In this document: piece after piece, positions 19,261 through 31,900 of the stretch | How the letters are laid out: each line of letters opens with the position of its first letter | How positions within the stretch are numbered: position 1 is the stretch's first letter | NCBI GenBank assembly: GCA_963767925.1 | Contig: CAVYGB010000001.1 | Span: 32,001 to 96,000 of the forward strand | Source of the DNA: an uncultured delta proteobacterium | GTDB taxonomy: Bacteria > Myxococcota_A > Polyangia > Fen-1088 | Direction of reading: 5' to 3' | DNA: 64,000 nt | Made by a program: the position numbers and the translations under genes | Notes under the pieces: model-generated | What the model was told of the DNA's origin: nothing | Seen by the model: only the letters and a program-made list of their open reading frames with translations | Databases searched by the model: none

Positions 19261-19548
19261 TCAGTCGCGGAGGCGGCGGCGGAGGGGGGCGCCGGGCAGG
19301 CGGGTGAGGGGGGCCAGGGCCACGATGCCGCGCCAGAGGCGGCGGAGCAGGGCCTGCGTGCGGTGCAGGCGGCGCTGCAGATCGTAGCGGGCGCGCGGCC
19401 CTCCGCTCAGCAGGATCCGGGACGCCTCCTCGAGGTCGGGGGCCCGGGCGGTGGCGTATTGCCGGCGGATGGCGCCCCGGATCTCCTGGGGGAGAGCCCC
19501 GGCGGGGACGCCGAGCACGGCGTAGAGATCACGATGCGGGTCGTACAT
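19261..19548 (-). CDS. Small J-domain-like protein lacking HPD
   Basis: DLYAVLGVPAGALPQEIRGAIRR...EEASRILL...RARYD. Confidence 0.65.
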   Translation of the reverse strand: MYDPHRDLYAVLGVPAGALPQEIRGAIRRQYATARAPDLEEASRILLSGGPRARYDLQRRLHRTQALLRRLWRGIVALAPLTRLPGAPLRRRLRD

Positions 19549-19713
19549 GTCCGCGATCGCCAGGTGTGTCCGGAAGGACGCGCTGGCAACCGTCGCTGCG
19601 CCTCGGCGCGTGCGCCGGCGCGCATCCGGCGCGCGCCGGCCAGTTTTGCGCGAACGCCCTGAGTCGGCGATCCGGGCTGCGCCGTCGGGCGGCGCCCGTC
19701 GGGCCCCCGGGCT

Positions 19714-19920
19714 TCATCGGGGCGCGGGCGGTGGCTTGCTGCCCTGCGCGCGGAGATCGCTCTCCACGTCGAGGGCGGTGACGCCGACGCGCTCGACCGC
19801 CTCCCGGAGCTGCTCCTCGGTGCAGCCGAAGCGGCGGGCCCAGTGACGCAGGTCGTGCGGGTCGTTGAGGTTCACCCGCGATCGTTCCTCGGCACCCCGC
19901 AGCGAAAGGTCGTCGGCCAT
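19714..19920 (-). CDS. DUF3606 family protein
   Basis: MADDLSLRG..ERSRVNLND.HDLRHWARRFGCTEEQLREAVERVG. Confidence 0.85.
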   Translation of the reverse strand: MADDLSLRGAEERSRVNLNDPHDLRHWARRFGCTEEQLREAVERVGVTALDVESDLRAQGSKPPPAPR

Positions 19921-20258
19921 GGCTGCAGCAACCATGGGTCCGCGCGCCCGGCGCGACGATAGCGCGGCGGCGGTTTTCCGCGGAGCGGATCGGATTCTGC
20001 AGAGAACAGGGCCATGCAAGCAACTTGCGGGTCGAACCGCGACGCCTGCGGGCGAAACCGTTCGGCGCTCCGAGATCGTGCCACAGCGGCTTCCTTCTCC
20101 GACAGGAGCGCCGCCAGCCCCGCCAGCCCCGGAAACCTCCGCCCGTCCCGGCTGGCGCCATCGCCTCCTCCGGTCGCGCCGTCAGTCCGCGGCCGATCCA
20201 GATGGCCAGAGGCCAGAAGGTCTGGCCAGGTTGTCAGGCTTGTGTCATCCATGGCGGC

Positions 20259-20897
20259 ATGACCCGCCGGGAGAGGTTGTTCGCGATCACGGAATACCTG
20301 CGCGGGCGGAGGACGGGCGTCACGGCGGAGACGCTGGCCGACCGCTTCGGGGTCACCGTGCGGACCATGTACCGCGACCTCGATAGCCTGCGGAACGCGG
20401 AGCTGCCGGTGCGGGCCGACCGCGGGCGCGGGGGCGGCTACGCGCTCGACCGGGCCTACACCTTGCCCCCGGTGAACTTCAGCCCCCGCGAAGCCGCCGT
20501 GCTGGTGGCGCTCGGGCGCTGGGCCCGCACCAGCCGCCTGCTCCCTTTCGTCGGCACGCTGGAGGGCGCGCTCGACAAGGTCCGGGGCGCGCTGACCGCC
20601 TCCGCCCAGCGGGAGCTGGTCGCCCTCATGGAGGGCATCCAGTTCGTCGGCGTGCCAGCCCTCCCGGTGGGCCCCCGCGTGCGGGCCGTCCTCGAGCAGG
20701 CCTGGTTCGAGCGGCAACCGCTGCGCATCCGCTATCAGGGCGCGGGCGACGCCGTCAGCGTCCGCCTGGTGCGGGTGGTCTCGGTGGTGATGGAGCGCAG
20801 CCAGACCCTGCTCAACTGCGACGACCTCGACAAGGGCGAACGCCGCCAGTTCCGCCTCGACCGCATCCTGGAAGCCGACCTGGCCCCCCTCTCCTGA
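20259..20897 (+). CDS. YafY/WYL family HTH transcriptional regulator (short form)
   Basis: TAETLADRFGVTVRTMYRDL, GRGGGYAL, LPPVNFS, RQFRLDRI. Confidence 0.9.
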   Translation: MTRRERLFAITEYLRGRRTGVTAETLADRFGVTVRTMYRDLDSLRNAELPVRADRGRGGGYALDRAYTLPPVNFSPREAAVLVALGRWARTSRLLPFVGTLEGALDKVRGALTASAQRELVALMEGIQFVGVPALPVGPRVRAVLEQAWFERQPLRIRYQGAGDAVSVRLVRVVSVVMERSQTLLNCDDLDKGERRQFRLDRILEADLAPLS

Positions 20898-21024
20898 CTC
20901 CGGCGCGTCGTCGAGGCGACCACCTCGGCCGGCGCGGCCCTGCGCTGTGCGCTCGGTCGTGGTGGGCAGCGCGCCAGGCCGCTTTGCTCGTTCCCGCGCG
21001 GCCCGGCCTGGCGATACCGATGCC

Positions 21025-21960
21025 ATGCCTGGCGCGTGGCTGTTGCTGGCCGTGCTGGCGGCCGATCCGGGGCCGGGGGCGGTGTCCGCTGGCGAGGTGA
21101 AGATCCCGGAGGACGGGCAGACCGTCACGGTGGGCCGCTACGAGCTGCAGCCCGAGCCCGGGGGCGGCTTCCGGTCGGAGACCGAGGTGTTCGTGGCCCG
21201 CATCGCGCCCGACGGGAGCGTGACCTTCGACAAGAAGTTCCGCATTCCTGGCCCGCTGGTGTGGCCAGTGATGATGGCCGCCCAGGTCCTGCGGGACGCC
21301 ACCAGCAACAAGGGCGGCCCCGAAGATCTGCACGGCCTCGCCCTCCCGATCTACAAGCCGCAAGTCCCGATGGTCACCCTCGGCAACGACGACGTCCAGA
21401 CCGACTCCCGCCACACCCACAAGATGGCCTTCCTGGAGGCCACCGCCACCCTGCGCGCCCGCAGGCGGGCCCGCCTGCAGCCCGCCGCGTCCACCTCGCA
21501 CGCCGCGGGCGCTCCTGCAAACCCCGCCGGTTCCACGGGCGCGGCTCCGCGCACCGCGGGAGCCCCCCCGAGCCCCACCCGTTTCACGGGCGCCGCTCCG
21601 CGAACCGCAGGCGCCTCTGCGAGCCCGCGGGCCCCGCCGCGAACCCGGCGGGCGCCACCTCGAGCCCCGCAGCCTCCGCCGCGCTCGAACGGGCGCTGGA
21701 GACCTGGCGCCGGCAGGTGGAAGTGGTGGCCTGCGACGACCGGCGCGCGCCCGCCGAGCGGCGCCGAACCCTGTTCGAGCTATGGGACGAGTGCGACGGG
21801 TCGGCCGGCGGGGACGCCGCCCGCGCCGCCGTCGAGGCCACGGCGAGGCGGCAGTTCCCCCCCCGTCAGCGCCGAGGCCTACCGCTCCGAGGAGCTGCGC
21901 GCCCTGAACCAGGGCCGCCCGGCAGGCCGACGCTTCGATCCCTATCGGGCAAGCCCGTGA
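21025..21960 (+). CDS. Secreted hypothetical protein with Ala/Pro linker and two compensating frameshifts
   Basis: The coherent segment ERRRTLFELWDECDG lies in a second frame between about 21630 and 21860, then the first frame resumes (AYRSEELRALN...FDPY). Confidence 0.65.
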   Translation: MPGAWLLLAVLAADPGPGAVSAGEVKIPEDGQTVTVGRYELQPEPGGGFRSETEVFVARIAPDGSVTFDKKFRIPGPLVWPVMMAAQVLRDATSNKGGPEDLHGLALPIYKPQVPMVTLGNDDVQTDSRHTHKMAFLEATATLRARRRARLQPAASTSHAAGAPANPAGSTGAAPRTAGAPPSPTRFTGAAPRTAGASASPRAPPRTRRAPPRAPQPPPRSNGRWRPGAGRWKWWPATTGARPPSGAEPCSSYGTSATGRPAGTPPAPPSRPRRGGSSPPVSAEAYRSEELRALNQGRPAGRRFDPYRASP

Positions 21961-22032
21961 GGGCGCGCCGGATCCAATCCTCGGGCTTTTTCCGATCGCA
22001 CCGCGCAGCCGTGGGCGGCTGAAAAAAGGCGA

Positions 22033-22671
22033 TCAGCCGGGTGGGGTGGTGGCCCTGGCGGGGACGGGGCCGCCGGCGGGGGGCTCGCCGCAGATGGTGA
22101 CGTCGAACAGCGAGTAGCCGTAGAGGTCGTCGGTGCCGGGGACCTTGCCCCGCTTGATGCCCTGGATCTTGATGTAGCGGCCCCTGGCCTTGGCGTCGAC
22201 GACGTCGACGAAGCCGTCGCCCTTGTTCTCGGTGTGGATGGTCTTCCACTTCTTCTTGTCGTCGGAGGTGGCGACGGAATATTGCGCGGCGTGGGACAGC
22301 TCCCAGACCAGGTACAGCCGCTGGAAGGCCTTCGAGCTGCCGAGGTCGAGGATCAGCCACTGGTCGTCGCTGTAGTGGCTCGACCAGCGGCTGGTCAGGT
22401 GCTCGTCGATGGCGTATTTCGGCGGGTGCAGGTAGCCGGTCTCGAAGGTCGAGGCCTCGGCGCCGACCGCCTTGATCTTGCTGTTGCCGCCGCAGGTGAG
22501 CTTGACGTCGGCCGGGGGCGGGCAGCTCCCGACGGGGAAGCCGTCGTGGGGATCGTCCGGGTAGGGGTAGGTGATCGCCTTCTTGTCACAGGCCTGGTAC
22601 TCCCATTTCTGGGCAGCTTCGGGTGGCAGCAGCAACCCGCCCAGCAGGGCGATGGTGGCGGTCGCGATCAT
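22033..22671 (-). CDS. Discoidin (F5/8 type C) domain secreted protein
   Basis: AIDEHLTSRWSS...DDQWLILDLG...LVWE...GRYIKI...YGYSLFD; GGAGG RBS. Confidence 0.85.
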   Translation of the reverse strand: MIATATIALLGGLLLPPEAAQKWEYQACDKKAITYPYPDDPHDGFPVGSCPPPADVKLTCGGNSKIKAVGAEASTFETGYLHPPKYAIDEHLTSRWSSHYSDDQWLILDLGSSKAFQRLYLVWELSHAAQYSVATSDDKKKWKTIHTENKGDGFVDVVDAKARGRYIKIQGIKRGKVPGTDDLYGYSLFDVTICGEPPAGGPVPARATTPPG

Positions 22672-23253
22672 GGTGGCCTCCATGCGGAAGTGGTGAGTCG
22701 CCGCCAGGACGGCGGCCGCGCGAATATGACATATCGTCCACCGCCGCCATAGCGCCCGTGCAACCGTTACCAGCCGTGTGGCCCGGCCCCGTTCCTCCGC
22801 CATGCGCCACAACACAGCTACACGGGCCAACCGCCGGGTCGCGATGCCGGGTGGTCGAGTCGGCGTCGTTCAGAACGCGACCCCCTCGTATTGGGTCGAG
22901 GGCGAGCGAGCGTGGCGGGGAGGAAGCGCCCTACTCAAATGGGCGGGCATGGAAGCGCCCTATTCAAGTCGGGGGTCGATAGGCGGCTCAAGTGCTGTAC
23001 GGCCCATGGCCCCCGCGGGGGGGCTATCCGAGGAGTCCATGGCGAGGGTTGCGCGACTCGGCGCCCGGCCGGGCCACTGCTCCCCAGCGACAATGGGTGG
23101 AAGCCGCCTACCCGACCGACTGGCCGCCCTCCGGCTTTTGCAACGGCGGGGCCAGCCACCGCGCCCGGCCCAGCCGGGCTGACTTCGGCTCACTTCGCCG
23201 GGGACCGGTGGTGTTCCATCCCCGGCCGGTGGGATTTCACCAGCCGGGCTACA

Positions 23254-24495
23254 TCAGTCGACCTGGGCGCACTCGCTGCTCTGCTGGACGCTCTTGAAGG
23301 TCCCTTCGATGTTCCACCAGGTGGTGCTGGCGCTGCGGGTCTTGCCGTTGGCGTCGAACTGGAGCTGGCCCGACAGCCCGAAATAGTCGATCTCCTGATT
23401 GTCGCGCAGGCGCGCAAGGCCGAGGGCGAGGTCGTTCCAGCGGATGGGGGTCCCGCCCGAGCGGGTCACGGCGATGATGTGCTCGGAGAGCCCCGCCTTG
23501 TCGGGCACCTGCCCGGTCTTGGTGACGGCCCGCTGCAGGGCCAGGATGGCGACCGCCCCCGCGTCGTAGAAGGGGAAGGCGTCGTCGAGGGCGGCGTCCT
23601 GCCAGCGCGCCAGGAAGGCCTGCCGGAAGTCGCCCGCGCCCGCCACCGTCCCGGGCGAGACGCCGCGGGCCCCGTCGAGCAGCCCGCGCGGGATCGACTC
23701 GAGGAAGGCCGGCGTGTGTAGCACCGGCGACAGGTAAAAGCGGGTCGGATCGACCAGGCCCCCCACCGCCGTGAGGGCGTAGACCAGCGTCGAGGCGGAG
23801 CTGGGGAAGGCGGCCAGCACGAAGGAGTCGGCCTGTCCCGAGACGATCATGCCGAGCACCGTCGGATCCACCGGTCCGTCACTCGCCATGACCAGCTTGC
23901 TCATGCCGTAGCGGTTGCCGAGGTCCCAGGCCAGCTCGCTGTTGTAGCCGTTGGGGTTGACCAGGACGACCGGCTTGGTCCGGCCGTCGATGCGCATCTG
24001 GGCGACGAGCTCGCAGGCCACCCGCCCCAGGCTGGGCCCCATCACGAACCAGGAGGGGGCCTTCCAGCGCACGTCGGAGGAGGTGTTCAGGCTCGGCAGG
24101 ATCATCGTCCGATCCTGCAGCAGGGGGCCGATCTGGGTGATGAGCTCGGTGGTGTCGGGCCCGATCACCAGGGCGGGGTTGGCCTGGAGCAGCTCGCGGG
24201 CCGCCTCGACCGCCTTGGTAGCATTGCTGCGCGTGTCGCGGGTCAGCAGGCGGATCGGCCGGTTGCTCACCCCGCCCGCCTCGTTGGCCGCATCGACCGC
24301 CATGAGCAGCGCGCGCTCGGAGTTGATGCTGCTGGCCGCCAGGTAGCCCGTGTAAGACAGCATCACCCCGACCGGGATCGCGTCGTCTCCCGCCGGGTCT
24401 TCACATCCCAGCGCGACGAGCGCGAGCGCCAGGACGGCGCGACCTGGAAAACCGGTCCAGGCGGTAGCCTGGACCCTACGCGAGCCAGTGGTCAT
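23254..24495 (-). CDS. Branched-chain-amino-acid-type periplasmic binding lipoprotein
   Basis: Lipobox ALGC, AVDAANEAGGV.NRPIRLLTRD, YDA, YFGLSGQLQFD; no cognate permease adjacent. Confidence 0.85.
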   Translation of the reverse strand: MTTGSRRVQATAWTGFPGRAVLALALVALGCEDPAGDDAIPVGVMLSYTGYLAASSINSERALLMAVDAANEAGGVSNRPIRLLTRDTRSNATKAVEAARELLQANPALVIGPDTTELITQIGPLLQDRTMILPSLNTSSDVRWKAPSWFVMGPSLGRVACELVAQMRIDGRTKPVVLVNPNGYNSELAWDLGNRYGMSKLVMASDGPVDPTVLGMIVSGQADSFVLAAFPSSASTLVYALTAVGGLVDPTRFYLSPVLHTPAFLESIPRGLLDGARGVSPGTVAGAGDFRQAFLARWQDAALDDAFPFYDAGAVAILALQRAVTKTGQVPDKAGLSEHIIAVTRSGGTPIRWNDLALGLARLRDNQEIDYFGLSGQLQFDANGKTRSASTTWWNIEGTFKSVQQSSECAQVD

Positions 24496-24691
24496 TTCCC
24501 CCGCTTGTCCTCCATCACCCCATCGGCATTCCTGAGGGAATCCTTGATGTCCACCGACGCGCCGGGGCGGCGGCGGCTGCGCAGGAAGCGCGGCACGAGC
24601 GCCCGCAGGTTCTGGGAGATGAGGTCACGGTGCTCGCTGCCGGGCTCGTTCCGTCGAGCGCCATCCCGCCGCCGCCCCCGGGGATTCAGCG

Positions 24692-26575
<1,884 letters not shown>

Positions 26576-26702
26576 CGCTGCATTTTCTCATATCGGCTGG
26601 AAACCCTCTTCCGGCCAGCCGTTCTGCGTCGTTTCGGCAGGCTCAGGGGGAGCTGGATCGGGGGGTGCTGAATGCGCCGGGTTGCGGGTATAACTGCGCA
26701 GG

Positions 26703-28538
26703 ATGTGTCCTGATCGTCGCCGAACCGTTGCTGCTCGGCCGCCGGGCCTGACGCCTCGCATTTTATTTGTTGTAGCGGCCGGTCTGCTGGCCGCCTGCGG
26801 CGGCGAACCAGGGGAGGCCCCTCCGGTCGGGGGTGGCCCCGCTGACCCCGGGACGCCCGCCCCGGGAGGGCCCCGACCGCCCGCGCCGGTGCCGCCCGCA
26901 GGTGATCCGGCGCCGCCCGTGCCCGCCCCCGCGCCCGCGCCGGGGACGCCCCCCGCTCCGGGGCCGGCTCCGAGCGACCCGGGTGCCCCGCCGGCGCCGC
27001 CACCTCCCGCGGCCGGCGCGAGCGACCCGCGCGCGGTCACCTTCGCTCCGCCGAGCGGCACCTTCCGGGGCACGCAGCTGGTGACGCTGTCGGCGGGCGC
27101 CGGGCTGCCGATCCGCTACACGACCGACGGGTCGCTGCCGACCCGCACCTCGCCGCTCTACGCCGGGCCGCTGTCGATCGCCGCGACAACCCTGGTGCGG
27201 GCGCTGGTCAGCGACGAGGCGGGCGAGGGCCCGGTGGCGGCCGCGGCCTACCTGCCGGTGGCCGACGACGCCGCGGCCTTCAGCTCGAACCTGCCCGTCC
27301 TGCTGCTGCACACCCACCGCGCGGGGACGCTGGCGGTCGTGCGCGACGGGCCCAAGGTGCCGGGCTTCGCCCTCGTGTTCGAGCCGGGCGCCGCCGGCCG
27401 GGCGTCGCTCCTGGGCCCCGCCACCGTCGCCTCCCGGGCGGGCCTGCGCATCCGGGGCGGCAGCTCTCTGCGCTTTCCCCAGAAGAGCTACGGCGTGGAG
27501 CTTTACCACCCGGGCAGCGACGAGGACGACGACCGGGCCCTGTTCGGCTGGCCCTCCTCCTCGGACTACGCGCTCATCGGCGCCAGCCGGGCCGACCGCA
27601 GCCTGATGCGCAACGCGCTCGCCTTCTCCCTGAGCAATCAGATCGGCCGCTACGCCCCGCGCGCCCGCTTCGTCGAGGCCTTCCTGGTGGAGAGCGGCGG
27701 TGAGGTGGCCCAGCGCCACTACCTCGGCGTCTTCACCCTGGCCGAGAAGATCAAGCAGGGGAAGATGCGGGTGCCGGTGGCCAAGCTGGAGGCCACCGAC
27801 CTCGGCGAGCCGGCGTCGACCGGCGGCTACGTCATCCGCATCGATCAGCACGAGACCCACTTCTCGGCCGGTGGGCTCTCCTTCAACTTCGTCTACCCGA
27901 CCTGGGCCAATATCAACGTGCCCGCCCGGCGCCCGCAGCGCACGTACATCCAGGGGTACCTGCAGCAGTTCATCGACGCCGTCGGCCGGCCCGACTTTAC
28001 CAACCCCACGACGGGCAAACACTACCGGGAGTACGTCGACGTCCCCGCCTTCATCGATCACAACCTGCTGAACGCGCTGTTCAAGAACGTGGACGGCCTG
28101 CGCTACTCGGCCTATTTCTACAAGGACCGGGGCGGGCTGCTGGCGGCGGGCCCGCTGTGGGACTTCGATCGCTCGTCGGGCACCCGCTTCGACGACGAAT
28201 ACGGCAACCGGGCGGCCGAGCCGCGCGAGTGGTCGCGCGGCGACGGCACCGACCCGCTGCGCACCCACTTCTGGGGCCGCCTGTTCGCCGACCCGGCCTT
28301 CAAGGCGGCCTACCTGCAGCGGTTCGAGGCGCTGACCGGCGGGGAGGGCGCGCTGTCGGTCCCCCGCATCCAGGCCCAGGTCGACACGCTGGCGGCCGAG
28401 CTGGTCGAGGCCCAGGCCCGGCACTTCGCCCGCTGGCGCGAGCTGCCCCCCGGCGGTGGCTCGCACGCCGCCGAGGTCAAGGCGCTCAAGGACTGGTTCG
28501 CCGCCCGCATCCCCTGGATGTCCGGCGCGCTCCGCTGA
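26703..28538 (+). CDS. CotH kinase family lipoprotein with FN3-associated (YTTDGS) domain
   Basis: Lipobox LAAC, IRYTTDGSLP, IRGGSS..FPQKSY, DRSLMRN, KNVDG, GPLWDFD. Confidence 0.88.
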   Translation: MCPDRRRTVAARPPGLTPRILFVVAAGLLAACGGEPGEAPPVGGGPADPGTPAPGGPRPPAPVPPAGDPAPPVPAPAPAPGTPPAPGPAPSDPGAPPAPPPPAAGASDPRAVTFAPPSGTFRGTQLVTLSAGAGLPIRYTTDGSLPTRTSPLYAGPLSIAATTLVRALVSDEAGEGPVAAAAYLPVADDAAAFSSNLPVLLLHTHRAGTLAVVRDGPKVPGFALVFEPGAAGRASLLGPATVASRAGLRIRGGSSLRFPQKSYGVELYHPGSDEDDDRALFGWPSSSDYALIGASRADRSLMRNALAFSLSNQIGRYAPRARFVEAFLVESGGEVAQRHYLGVFTLAEKIKQGKMRVPVAKLEATDLGEPASTGGYVIRIDQHETHFSAGGLSFNFVYPTWANINVPARRPQRTYIQGYLQQFIDAVGRPDFTNPTTGKHYREYVDVPAFIDHNLLNALFKNVDGLRYSAYFYKDRGGLLAAGPLWDFDRSSGTRFDDEYGNRAAEPREWSRGDGTDPLRTHFWGRLFADPAFKAAYLQRFEALTGGEGALSVPRIQAQVDTLAAELVEAQARHFARWRELPPGGGSHAAEVKALKDWFAARIPWMSGALR

Positions 28539-28561
28539 GCCGCCCGGCGCTCGGCGGATCT

Positions 28562-28987
28562 TCAGCGCGGTCCAGATGAGCGCGGGGCGCCCGGGCGCGG
28601 GCAATGGCGGTCGATGGCGCCGAGCAGGGTCGAGATCGCCACGGGTTTGCAGAGGATCTCTGCCTGCAGCTCGGCCGAGCGCTGCAGCGCCAGGGGGCCG
28701 GCGCCGGTGAAGATCACCACCGGCACCGCGGCCAGATCCGGGTCGGTCATCATGTGCTGGCGCAGCTCGAACCCGCTCATCCCCGGCATCATCAGGTCCA
28801 GCAGGACCAGGCAGGGCCGGGCGTCGGGCCCCTTGAGCCAGCGCAGCGCCTCGGCCCCGTCGGCGGCGCTCTCCACCCGGTAGCCCTGCAGGCGCAGGAC
28901 CAGCTCGAGGGCCTCCCGGAGATCTCCGTCGTCCTCGACCAGGAGCACCGTCCGCTCGCCGGACGGCGCCGCCGCTGCGCCGCTCAA
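28562..28987 (-). CDS. Single-domain response regulator
   Basis: LLVEDD, LLDLMMPGMSG, KP; overlaps the stop of the upstream kinase. Confidence 0.9.
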   Translation of the reverse strand: MSGAAAAPSGERTVLLVEDDGDLREALELVLRLQGYRVESAADGAEALRWLKGPDARPCLVLLDLMMPGMSGFELRQHMMTDPDLAAVPVVIFTGAGPLALQRSAELQAEILCKPVAISTLLGAIDRHCPRPGAPRSSGPR

Positions 28988-31900
28988 GGGCGCTCTTCAC
29001 CCTGGAGCGGAGCGGTGGCCGGCGGCAGCGGCAGGGGGGCGCCGGCGAGGGGCAGCTCGACCGTGAAGATCGCGCCGGCCCCGATCTGGCTCCTGGCGCT
29101 GACCGTCCCGCCGAGGGCGTTCACGATCTGGGTGACGATGTGAAGGCCCAGGCCCAGGCCGCCGTAGTGGCTGGCCAGGACCGCCCGGCTGAAGCGGTCG
29201 AAGATGCGGGGGAGCTGGTCGGCCGGGATGCCGATGCCCTGGTCGGCCACCACCAGCCGGGCCCGGCCGTCCACCACCTGCAGGTTGATCTCGATGGGCC
29301 GCCCGGCGCCGAACTTCATCGCGTTCGACAGGAGGTTGGTCAGGATCTGCTCGAGGCGGCTGCGGTCCCACAGGCCGGTCACGCTGCGCTCGCCCCGCAC
29401 CGTGAGGGTGCAGCGGGTCCGCCTCAGCTCGGGCCCGATCCGATCGGCCACGTTGCCCACCACCGCGGCCAGGTCCACCGGCGCCAGGTCGAGCTGCACC
29501 GGGCCGGCGCTGATGTGGGTGACGTTGAGCAGCTCGCTCACCAGCCCCACCAGCCGCCGCGTCTGCCGGTTGATGATGTGGACGGCCCGGGGCAAGAGCT
29601 CGGGCGCGGTGTCGAGGATCCCGTCCTGCAGGCCCTCCACCATGAGGCGCAAGGTGGCCAGGGGCGTGTTCAGCTCGTGCGAGGCGATCGTCAGGAACTC
29701 GTCGCGCAGGCGGATGGCCTCCTGGGCCTCGCGGTACAGGCGGGCGTTGTCGACCGCCACGGCGGCCCGGCGGGCCAGCTCCTGGGCGACGGTGAGGGTG
29801 GCGGGGCCCTCGGAGGAGAAGGGGGCCGCCGAGACCAGGGCCATGGTGCCCAGCAGCCGCCCCCGGGCCCGCATCGCCAGCAGCAGGGCGCTGCGGCTGC
29901 CGAGGGCCCCGATGTCGGCGATGCTGGCGGCGTCGTAGCCCCAGCCGGCGAGGGCCGCGGCCAGGTCGGGGAAGACCAGGTAGGCCACGCCCCGCTCCAT
30001 CAGATCGATGGCGTAGCGGGGCGGGCCGTTGCGGGCCTGCTCCTCGCGCAGCTTCAGCAGGCTGGGCTCCCGGGCGGGATCGCGGTGGGCGGCCGCCACC
30101 CGCCGGACCTCGCCCGGCGACTCGAGCACGTCGAGCACGCACCAGTCGGCCAGCTCGTCGGCGGCCAGGCGGGCCAGCCGGTTCAAGGTGGCGTCGTAGT
30201 CGAGCGTCTCGGCCAGGGTGTCGCCGGCGTCCGCGAGGAACCGCAGGGAGGCCTCGGCCCGCTTGCGCTCGTCGACCTCGCCGCTGAGCCGCTGGAACAG
30301 CCGGCTGTTCTCCAGGGAGATGGCGGTCTGGCCGGCGAGCACGCCGATGGTCGTCACCCGCTCGGGGGTGAACACCCCCGGCAGGGCCCGGTTCTCCAGG
30401 TACAGGAGGGCGGCCAGCTCGGTCTGCTTGAAGACCGGCAGGCAGAGGACCGACCGCGGGCGCCAGCCGCGCACGTAGCCGTCGTCGGCGAAGCGGCGCT
30501 CGGCACAGGCGTCGTCGAGCACCACCGCCTCGCGCGTGCGCCAGGAGAAGCGGAGGATCGACTCGGGCAGGGGCGGGCGCTTGGCGTCGGCGAGGGCGGG
30601 ATCGATCCGCACCTCGAGGCGATCGCCCTCCACCCGGGCCATCGCCTCGACCGCGAGCGATCCGGCACGCGGCAGGAGCAACACGCCCGCGGTGGCCCCG
30701 CTCTGGGCCAGCAGCACCTCCATCATGGTGTGCAGCAGGTTGCGGGGGATCACCTCCCGGGAGATGGCCTGAGAGGCCTTGATCACCGAGAGCAGGTCGA
30801 TCTGCTGCGGGTTGATCAGCACCGGCGCGGGCGCCGCCACCGAGGTCTCGGCCGCCAGGTGGGGGTAGCGGCGGTCGAGCGCGCGCACCTTGCCGGTGGC
30901 GCCCCAGCGCAGGTAGCGGGCCCGGGCCTCCATCCGGTAGAGGTCGGCCATGGCGGTCAGCCCCTGCGCCTCGCGCACCCCCGCGGCCAGCTCGTAGGCC
31001 AGCGCCTCGTCCTGCACGAAGCCGCCGGCGGCGGCCGCCTCCAGGCTGGCCTGATAGTGCTCGGTCGCCTCCTGCAGCCGCCCGGTGAGGCGGGCGATCT
31101 CCGCCCGGACCAGCGCGTGCAGGTGGTGGAAGCTGGCGGGGTTGGCCTCGGCCCAGGCGCCGAGCCGGGCCTGGTGGCCGGTCAAGGTCAACATCCAGCG
31201 CTCTCGCTCGGCGGGCGTGCCCCGCTCGAACACGCTGGCCAGGACCAGGGCGTGGGTGACGGTCAGCTCCGCCGCCGCCAGGTTGCCGGCTACCGTCCAG
31301 GCCAGCGCGGCGGCCTCCTCGATGGCCGGCAGGGCGGCCGGCCCGTCGCCGGCGAGGAGCTGCAGCCGGGCCCGCACCAGGTGGTACAGGCAGGTGGCCC
31401 GGCGCAAGCGGCCCGGTTCGATCCGGGCGGCGAAGGCCACCTCGTCGAAGCCGGCGTCGGCCAGCGCGCCGGGGCCGCTGGTATGCCCCTGCAGGGCCCG
31501 GATCATCTGGGCCAGCAGGGCGCAGATGTCCTCCAGGTACCGGAAGCCGAGGCGGCGCAGGCGATCGCGGGCGATCTGGGCCCGCTCGGCCACCCGATCG
31601 AGCGGCTCGCCCGCCACCAGCGCGGCCTGGACCTCCTGCAAGGTCGCCAGGGCCACCCCGGTCGAGAGGCCTCCGCCCCGCCAGGCCTCGAGGGCAGCCG
31701 CGGTGTGCGCGCGCGCCTCGGCCAGCGGGCGGGCCCAGAAGGCCGTCTGGGCGAGGCAGAACCGCGCTTGCCCCCGCATCGAGGTGAAGCCGTGTTTGTC
31801 GGCCAGGGCCAGGGCGGCCGTGGCGAAGCGGTGCCCCGTCTCGATCTGGTCCATCCCCGCCAGGATGAAGCCGTGACAGCCGTACCAGAACACCGAGCCC

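Noticed and set aside
20259..20897. WYL-regulated anti-phage defence island
   Set aside because: YafY-type regulator with no recognisable defence genes nearby
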